In this document: positions 57,281-64,000 of the stretch, in pieces
How positions within the stretch are numbered: position 1 is the stretch's first letter
How the letters are laid out: every line of letters starts with the position of its first letter
Assembly: GCA_963827165.1 (NCBI GenBank)
Contig: CAWGZR010000012.1
Location: 103,089-167,088, forward strand
DNA from: Candidatus Bathyarchaeota archaeon
GTDB taxonomy: Archaea > Thermoproteota > Bathyarchaeia > Bathyarchaeales > Bathycorpusculaceae
Length of the DNA: 64,000 nucleotides
Direction: 5' to 3'
Made by a program: the position numbers and the translations under genes
The notes under the pieces: model-generated
What the model was told of the DNA's origin: nothing
What the model saw: only the letters and a program-made list of their open reading frames with translations
Databases searched by the model: none

Positions 57281-58067
57281 ATAAAACGGTGCCTTAAAGG
57301 CAAACACATTTATGGCTATATCATAGTCACTTGCCAATTTAAAAGAAATTTCTGATAAAACTTGAGCCTTATTTTGAGAGGATTTTCAAGAAGCTATTTC
57401 TGAAGGCGGCATCAAAATTGCACTAACGTACACCATTTTAAAAAGAAGACCAACGGCGAAGCCATAGTCATCAACTTCCCTTCTGGCAGACCAGCTAAGC
57501 AGCTGATCAAAGCGAAGGTCTCAGAGCAATGAACGCAAAAAACTACCAGTTTTTTGCGCGTTAGGAGTGGCGCCGTCGAAAGGACGCGCAACTGAGAAGG
57601 CTCAAAACCTACCAGTTTTTTTTATTTTCAATCATTTTTTGAGTCATTTAGCGGCAGTTGGCCGCATTCTTTCTGAAATTGCAGTTGAGGGCTTATTATG
57701 AAGGGTTTGAAAATCAACCCTTCTGTTGGCTGTCGTAACCGATGCTTGAGGATTGCTTTGCTCTGCCGCATAGGCTTTGATCTTGACCTACAGTGCTGGA
57801 GAAACGGCTTTGAAGTCGAGAAATTTGCGGATTTCTGGCTAACTCTTGAAGCTCTATCTTAGGAGGCTTTTTGTCTGAGAGTTGAGGAAGTGGATTTAGT
57901 TTTTCTCAGGTACGAGGAGTTTTGGAGTTTTTGTTTTCTAAAGTGTTATGATTTCAATTTGGGCTGCGCAAAATGTTGCCTTCTCAGGAAACGTTTAGGT
58001 ATTCCTCCTTTTGGCAAGTCTTACTTGGCCAAGTTAAAGGGCGAAGTAAACATACAGAAGTTTAGTT

Positions 58068-59108
58068 TTGGCTGAAAAAGAAAAACGACCACCTCAAGTT
58101 TCGGGCGCCAACGCGACCAACACTTCTGCCAACGTGTACTATGTTGTCTTGGATTTCTTGGAACAGAAACCATCAAGTGATGCCTACTGGTGCCCCAAGC
58201 TGATAGCAGAGGAACTAGACCTTAACTTCAATACCGTTCGCTGGGCGCTAAGGCAGTTGCTTAGGGATAACAAGGTTTTTTGGATCCCAAAAGGTAAGAT
58301 TCATCTTTATGCTTCTTCGCGCCGGTTTAACGATGACTTTAGCCGGTTGATGAAGCTTCATCACCCTAAAAACAGATGTGAGATTCATGGTTTAACATTG
58401 AAAATTACCGCTGAGAATTTGGGCAAGAAAGCATTCGCCAACGCGATACCAGTAGGTGGTGTTGTGAGAGACGGTTGGAAGGGCATTAGCGGAGATGGGA
58501 CTGGTGAGACGCGTTTTCAGTTGAGTGCCAAGTCTCTTGTGGTTTACGGGAGTTTTACTAATTTGAGTTTGGATTTTGACCGGTTTTTGGTTTGGTTGGC
58601 TAGGGTTGATGGTTTTTTGGTTGCTCGGAAGTGGCCTCGGATTGAGGGTCAGTTGAAGTTTTGGGTTGTTTGTCAGTTTGGTCTTAATAAGGATTTTCGG
58701 CGTTTTCGTGCTGATGGTCTTGTGAAGGCTTTTAGTTTGCAGAGTTTTCGGGATTGGTTTGCCTGTGTCTACGATAAGGAATTGCCGGGTGGCGAGCACA
58801 TGTTGCGTGCAGAGGTTCATAGTAATCATGAGGAGCGCAGTTTGGATCAGATGATTGCTTTGATGAATGGGGATTTGAGTGTTGTTGAAGCGAATAACTT
58901 GCTTCGGACTGTAACTGAGGCAACCAATAACAACACTATAGCTTTGGGTGAAGTTATCAAGCGTATAGGACAATTAAGCGAGGCTGTTGTGGCTACACGA
59001 AGCGAGAGTGTCGAGTTGGCGAACGCCTTGCGTGAGTTACTTGGTTTGGGAAGCAATAGCCGTTTGGATTCGCTAAAACATAACGGAGACGCAAAGTATG
59101 TTTCATAG
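58068..59108 (+). CDS. Hypothetical protein with N-terminal winged HTH and C-terminal coiled coil, possibly from a mobile element
   Basis: PKLIAEELDLNFNTVRWALRQL..; strongly G/T-skewed codon usage unlike its neighbours. Confidence 0.6.
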   Translation: MAEKEKRPPQVSGANATNTSANVYYVVLDFLEQKPSSDAYWCPKLIAEELDLNFNTVRWALRQLLRDNKVFWIPKGKIHLYASSRRFNDDFSRLMKLHHPKNRCEIHGLTLKITAENLGKKAFANAIPVGGVVRDGWKGISGDGTGETRFQLSAKSLVVYGSFTNLSLDFDRFLVWLARVDGFLVARKWPRIEGQLKFWVVCQFGLNKDFRRFRADGLVKAFSLQSFRDWFACVYDKELPGGEHMLRAEVHSNHEERSLDQMIALMNGDLSVVEANNLLRTVTEATNNNTIALGEVIKRIGQLSEAVVATRSESVELANALRELLGLGSNSRLDSLKHNGDAKYVS

Positions 59109-59203
59109 TTTCCATGCCGCGTTTCATGTATTTGTCTCGGTTGCAGATTTTTTGGCAGTGGAAACCTGCAAAGAACACAACAAAAAAGGAATGTTAAAAC
59201 ATA

Positions 59204-59434
59204 ATGATAATTGAAATCGATGACGAAGTCTGGTCCTTGTACAAAAAATCATGGGCTCTTATTGGTGCAAAAGAGCATGAGGCCTTAGTTAGAATGCTGG
59301 AAGATACTATCTCAACAAGTTCAGCAAACGTTATTGAAGGTGCAGAAATGCAACTGATAGACGACACGCCTGAGGCATATGTCCAGAGACAGATTGGCAC
59401 AGAAAAGGAGAAAAGAGATAAAACGAACAAATAG
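59204..59434 (+). CDS. Small acidic hypothetical protein (possible RHH-like N-terminus)
   Basis: MIIEIDDEVWSLYKK...; AGGA RBS. Confidence 0.45.
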   Translation: MIIEIDDEVWSLYKKSWALIGAKEHEALVRMLEDTISTSSANVIEGAEMQLIDDTPEAYVQRQIGTEKEKRDKTNK

Positions 59435-59650
59435 CCAGAGAAGCAGAATTATCTTTTCAACCTTCTTTTTCTTTCTTGGTTTGGTTGTTTATTTTGGTCG
59501 GTTTATTCTGGTTCGGTTTCTTTTTGGTTTTGCATATTATCGCCTCCGTTCAGATTTGGCGGACGGCGAATGCAGACAAATATTTAAACTCAGCCTCAAA
59601 AGCAGAATCGGATAGCGAGACTAAAAAAATAATTTTAAAATTAAATTATT

Positions 59651-59763
59651 GGGGTTTGCTGAGGCTCTGGAAACTAAGGAAGAAAATTTCTTTAGGAGAA
59701 TAAAGAAAATGCAAATCCTTCAATTGCAGCTATTTCGAATGTAACCAGAGCCTTCTCAGCCCC
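59651..59763. repeat. Inverted-repeat-bounded ~110-bp element, copy 1 (MITE-like or structured RNA)
   Basis: GGGGTTTGCTGAGGCTCTGG...CCAGAGCCTTCTCAGCCCC; related copies at 63838-63939 and 63982-end. Confidence 0.6.
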
Positions 59764-59843
59764 ATTTTTTTCATCTCTTGTCATTTTTTCATGGTTTTAA
59801 AAGGCCAAAAAAAAGAAAAGGGAATATAGTTTCGATTTTCAGT

Positions 59844-62468
59844 TTATGGGTGTTTTCTTGTGACGAGTACTGCGAGTACTGCGCCGATGACGATTATGAT
59901 GATAGCGACTGCTACGATTCCGTATTCGACGGTTGTGTTTGAGGCTAAGCCAGAGAGCGGTGTTGCTGTTGGCGCTTGTGTTGGTGCTGCAGCGCTGGCA
60001 AAAAAAGCGGTCTGAGCAGAAGAGCCATAGTATGATTGCGTACCTGCAAACGTAGCGGTGACAGTATAGTTGCCTGCAATGTCAGGCTTCCAATTGAAGC
60101 TGAAGAAGCCGCTGGCAGTAGTTGTAGTAGTGCCGATTGCTCTGTAGTTGCCGTTGCTGTCTAAGACTGATAATATAACTGGAACTCCAGTTATGTTGGT
60201 TGGCATCGACTGCTGCATATAAACAGCTTGCATGAACCCACTCATGCTTGCATCGGATACACATGGTAACCCGTTGGGGAAGTTTGCTGCCACTGCTTCT
60301 TGCTGTGCGCCTGCAGAGATGTCAGTTACAGTGCCAGTTATTGTTATTGGAGTGTCTGTTGTCACGCCAATATTTGGTGCATTAACAGTTGTTTTGGTTG
60401 GACCCATGCCGTATGCATAAATTTGGTTGTCATAAGCATTTAGTGTAGCCATAACTCCGTCTGCGATTGCGGGTGCGCTGGTAGTGTCAAATGCGTCAAT
60501 GCTCCATATTACACTGCCATCTGTAGTGTTTAGGCATAGTTGCTGTGCTTTGTGGAATAATGGTGGACTGTACATGTGTCCTTCTGGAAGGTATAGTTTG
60601 CCGTCAGCGACTGTTCCCACTGTGAAAGTCCAGATAGATTCTTGGCCGTATGGCGATTCATAGCCGCCGCTTGGTGTATGGTATTGCCAGTTAAGGTTAC
60701 CAGATTGCAGATCGTATGCATACACGTCTCCACCGTAACAGTATAGATAGATTGTACCGTTGGCTACAACAGCGTTTGCGCCTAGAGAACTAAAGGGATT
60801 TGCATTCGGAAGTGTGTGTGTCCAAATTTGTTTTCCTGTTGTTAAGCTATAAGCATATACGGTTTGCGTTGATAGTACGACCATTACATAGACACCACTG
60901 CCTGTTCCTACCCATGGTTGAGGGTCAGCGTTTAACAGTGAGTAGGGTGCATAGGTTCTGTTTTCTATCCATAGCTGTGAACCGTCAATTGCACTATAGC
61001 CTGCTTCAATTTGATATCCCGTTTCATAGCCCGCTACGCTACTCCCTGCGGTAGTACCGGGGCCTGCTACTAAGAGTAACGTATCACCGCTTGTCGCCTT
61101 GATTGAAAGAGAACCGTCGATTGGAACGCCGCTAATGTTGGTTGCTAATGGCTTCGTCCATTGAATCCCATAGGAAAAGTTAACGGATGCGTCTTGTCCT
61201 GGTCTCCATGCCCAGCTATTTGCATCGGGGAACGGTGAGAATATAGTAAATGGTGTTCCTCCGAGGTTAATGCATCTTGTTGAGTTCCACATGTTCAATG
61301 TGTTACTTGCCTGGTCTACATAGTAGATGATCAGGTTTCCGTTGGCATCTTGTGTCATGGCCGTATAAATTGGGGTCGCGGGTACGCCTGTGACTTGCAG
61401 AATGTAGTTGCCTGTCATTGCATCCCACATCGAAAGTGTGCCATAAGGACCGATTAAACTGAATGGACTATATGGAATGCTCCATAGGTATGCGAGGGCT
61501 CCGTATTGATTAGGTGTATCATAATAGAGTATTTGACCGCATCTTAGAATCTCAGTAGTGTTTTTTGTCCAAATTACTTCGCCCGTCTTCAGGTTTACTG
61601 CTGTCCACCCAGCTGGGTTGGTGCCTGCACCTGGATAGTTGGTGTAGTATAGTATTCCGTTCATTATGATTGGTGCAAATTTGGGTTCATACTGGGAGGT
61701 TGAATAGTAATTGCTTTGTTCAGAACCATTACCGTAAGAGCCGCCAATCGTTCCACCGAAGGCTACGGGTTTTGTCCAGAGAATGTGCGCGCTATTTGGG
61801 GCAGTAGTATATGGATTATAGTTGCCAGATGCGTCGTACGTGCCAGAACTTGCGAATGTGGAAATCCCTAGACCAAGCCAGCTACCGCCTATTGAATACC
61901 AGTTATTGTTTTCAGCGTAAATTGGCCTTGTCCAGTACTCTGTTGGAAGCGGCGTTTGTGAAGAGTAAGGTATAGGATTTTGTTGCACGGTCAGATGGAA
62001 AACATTGCTGCTGCTTGGCTCGAAGTAGTCACCAATGTACGCATTTGTGGGGTTTGCGCCGTTTGCGCCTGCCAATGTTTGTCCGCCGAAGAACATTTGG
62101 AATGAATAGTTACCTACGATAGTTGGTGTATAGGAAGTGTGTGATCCACCTGTATCATCAGAAGTGAAGGGACCTAAGGTTTCAGTGGCTCCACCAGGTT
62201 TAGTGACTATAATTGTCAGATTTTCCCATCTGTCACCAGCAGCTGCGCTGGCTGTCGGTGGTGGCTGATTAATCCAGAAGTTGACGTTGACATATTGACC
62301 GACACCTATGGGGTTGGGTGAAACGGCGCAAAAAGCGTAGGTTGGTATGTTAATTGGTGGTATATGTGAGCTAGCTGTTGGTAGAAGTATTGGAGCGCAT
62401 AGCACGATTGTGAGAATTGCGATTGCCAAAGTAAATATTGATGTCTTATAGGTTTTATTTATTTTCAT
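59844..62468 (-). CDS. Large secreted, membrane-anchored PQQ-like beta-propeller repeat protein
   Basis: Signal peptide, repeated A.DL.TG..W blades, Ig-like domains, Thr/Pro linker, C-terminal TM followed by RKHP. Confidence 0.85.
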   Translation of the reverse strand: MKINKTYKTSIFTLAIAILTIVLCAPILLPTASSHIPPINIPTYAFCAVSPNPIGVGQYVNVNFWINQPPPTASAAAGDRWENLTIIVTKPGGATETLGPFTSDDTGGSHTSYTPTIVGNYSFQMFFGGQTLAGANGANPTNAYIGDYFEPSSSNVFHLTVQQNPIPYSSQTPLPTEYWTRPIYAENNNWYSIGGSWLGLGISTFASSGTYDASGNYNPYTTAPNSAHILWTKPVAFGGTIGGSYGNGSEQSNYYSTSQYEPKFAPIIMNGILYYTNYPGAGTNPAGWTAVNLKTGEVIWTKNTTEILRCGQILYYDTPNQYGALAYLWSIPYSPFSLIGPYGTLSMWDAMTGNYILQVTGVPATPIYTAMTQDANGNLIIYYVDQASNTLNMWNSTRCINLGGTPFTIFSPFPDANSWAWRPGQDASVNFSYGIQWTKPLATNISGVPIDGSLSIKATSGDTLLLVAGPGTTAGSSVAGYETGYQIEAGYSAIDGSQLWIENRTYAPYSLLNADPQPWVGTGSGVYVMVVLSTQTVYAYSLTTGKQIWTHTLPNANPFSSLGANAVVANGTIYLYCYGGDVYAYDLQSGNLNWQYHTPSGGYESPYGQESIWTFTVGTVADGKLYLPEGHMYSPPLFHKAQQLCLNTTDGSVIWSIDAFDTTSAPAIADGVMATLNAYDNQIYAYGMGPTKTTVNAPNIGVTTDTPITITGTVTDISAGAQQEAVAANFPNGLPCVSDASMSGFMQAVYMQQSMPTNITGVPVILSVLDSNGNYRAIGTTTTTASGFFSFNWKPDIAGNYTVTATFAGTQSYYGSSAQTAFFASAAAPTQAPTATPLSGLASNTTVEYGIVAVAIIIIVIGAVLAVLVTRKHP

Positions 62469-62611
62469 TTTTATTCTCCTTTTATGCTGTTCGTTTTATG
62501 CAGCATCGACCGTTTAATTCCTTGTAAACACAAAAAAACATGGCACTTCCGAGTTCTATGGAAAAAAATAAAAAGAGTTCGTTGCATAAGTAAAGAGCAA
62601 GCGGAAGGACA

Positions 62612-63421
62612 TTGGCTGATAGGGCATATTTCTTGGAAAAAGAAGATCAAATACTAATCAGATTAGGTCTAAGTAAAGTCCAAGCAAAAATATACTCTAC
62701 TCTATTAAGGATGAAGAGTGGATCAAGCGCTACCATCGCACAAGCCAGCACTATTACACGTCAGCAGATATATCGTGAAATGCCGATCATGGTGGATCTA
62801 GGGCTCGTGGAAAAAATTGTTGGCTCACCAACTAAATATCAAGCGACCCCAATCGAAACCTCCCTAAAAATTCTGCAATCAAAAAAAGCGGCTGAGCTTT
62901 CAGATCTTGATCAAGCGACTAAATTATTTCTGGAAAACTATGCTTCTATTAAAAGAAATCAGACACTTGAAGAAACAAGTCATTTTGTCTATGCTTCCGA
63001 AAAAGAAATCGCTCTCAATAAATATGAAAAAGAATTAGCAAACGCACAAATTAGCGTAGAGGCAATCGGACCAGCTTTAGATACTGAAATCGGAATAGCA
63101 TCAAGGTACAAAGGATTTTTTTTGGAAAAACTTAAACAAGGAGTCCAGCTTCGAATTATTACAGAGAAGCTTCGGAAGGACAGGGAAATCCTAAATTCTA
63201 TAAGGCAATTTCAAAGAAGTCCGTTGTTTGAAATAAGGGAACTCCCAGAAAAGCCACCTGTTCAATTGGTAATGTATGACCGAAAAAGAGTAAATATAGT
63301 GGTGCCTGACGCCTATCATAATTATGCAGATTTATGGACTGACAATGCAAGCCTTAGGGTATTGGCGATAAATTATTTTGAATACATGTGGGAGAAAGCA
63401 AGTGTTTTGCATGTTCCCTAA
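62612..63421 (+). CDS. TrmB family transcriptional regulator
   Basis: LGLSKVQAKIY..LL......IA....ITRQQIY.....LGLVEK..GSPTKYQA.P; C-terminal effector domain ending YFEYMWEKA. Confidence 0.85.
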   Translation: MADRAYFLEKEDQILIRLGLSKVQAKIYSTLLRMKSGSSATIAQASTITRQQIYREMPIMVDLGLVEKIVGSPTKYQATPIETSLKILQSKKAAELSDLDQATKLFLENYASIKRNQTLEETSHFVYASEKEIALNKYEKELANAQISVEAIGPALDTEIGIASRYKGFFLEKLKQGVQLRIITEKLRKDREILNSIRQFQRSPLFEIRELPEKPPVQLVMYDRKRVNIVVPDAYHNYADLWTDNASLRVLAINYFEYMWEKASVLHVP

Positions 63422-63837
63422 AGTGATGCGCTGGCGAGTAAGCATTATTTAGGGTTCGAATACCTTTTGCATGGCCCATGAATCTCTACATCTTAGAAAA
63501 AAGAATTTACTATGTTTGACTGATTTCTCTTTTATGAAATAAGACCAATTTGGATGAATTAGCCCCTTTATCTAGCTGAAAGCTCAAGAATCAACTGCAA
63601 TAGGTTACTTCAAACTCCGTAAATATGCAGTTATAGTTCAAGGGCACTTTCGAATTTATAGGACTTTTATCCGCGGTCTACGGGCAATTAGTTTTTCTCT
63701 GTTGTGGTGACTAGGTGTATATCTTAGCCTTTGCCGCCAGTTCCCTTTGGTTTCATTACCATCAGTCCCTAAATCAATCTTGAATGACATTAAAATAACT
63801 AGAATGCTCTAAAATTGGAAAAAATTGTTTCTCAGAT

Positions 63838-63939
63838 GGGTTTGCTGGGGCTCTGGCATGGAAAACTTTTGGAGCAAGGAATGCAAAACACGAAACTATG
63901 GTTATTCCATGAATTCCAACCAGAGTCTACTCAGACCCC
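63838..63939. repeat. Inverted-repeat-bounded element, copy 2
   Basis: GGGTTTGCTGGGGCTCTGG...ATGCAAA...AACCAGAGTCTACTCAGACCCC. Confidence 0.55.
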
Positions 63940-63981
63940 ATTCTATTCTCCAATTCATCTGCCATTTTTTTGTGAATTAAA

Positions 63982-64000
63982 GGGTTTGCTGAGGCTCTGG
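63982..64000. repeat. Left end of a third copy, cut by the window edge
   Basis: GGGTTTGCTGAGGCTCTGG, identical to 59652-59670. Confidence 0.55.

Noticed and set aside
59476-59703. 75-aa membrane ORF
   Set aside because: The hydrophobic stretch comes from T-rich low-complexity DNA and its end overlaps the inverted-repeat element; not supported enough to list.

Overview
Archaeal chromosomal window, most likely Bathyarchaeia. That assignment is inferred from TATA/BRE promoters, GGTGA/GGAGG ribosome-binding sites, many TTG starts, an intron-bearing tRNA-Trp and protein families typical of that lineage. 1-19.3 kb is mostly housekeeping and accessory genes: ABC exporters, TetR, a DUF362 Fe-S protein, DedA, GT2, two radical SAM enzymes, FtsZ, DUF763, CDGSH, Lrp and a DUF47-PiT pair. 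It also holds a tRNA-Trp with two introns, one carrying C/D-box guides. 19.3-44.2 kb is the most striking part: an AT-rich island in which 13 promoters share one operator, TTCATAA/TTATGAA-N3-TTATGAA, ending exactly 15 nt before the TATA box. These promoters drive glnA (followed by an Asn-synthetase-like gene and asnB), two APC permeases and a LeuA-family synthase, and one lies upstream of kdpABC. They also drive many microproteins of 22-59 aa that the ORF track does not call. These include a five-member family (MFG..D....YNIR.ELK, single TM helix in four copies), two copies of which are paired divergently with stand-alone Lrp/AsnC ligand-binding domains. 44-64 kb holds tatC, signalling genes including a frameshifted PAS/GAF kinase, an ABC exporter, probable mobile-element remnants, a large beta-propeller surface protein, TrmB and a small inverted-repeat element present three times. 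All calls were made by eye from the sequence and ORF track; no database searches were run.
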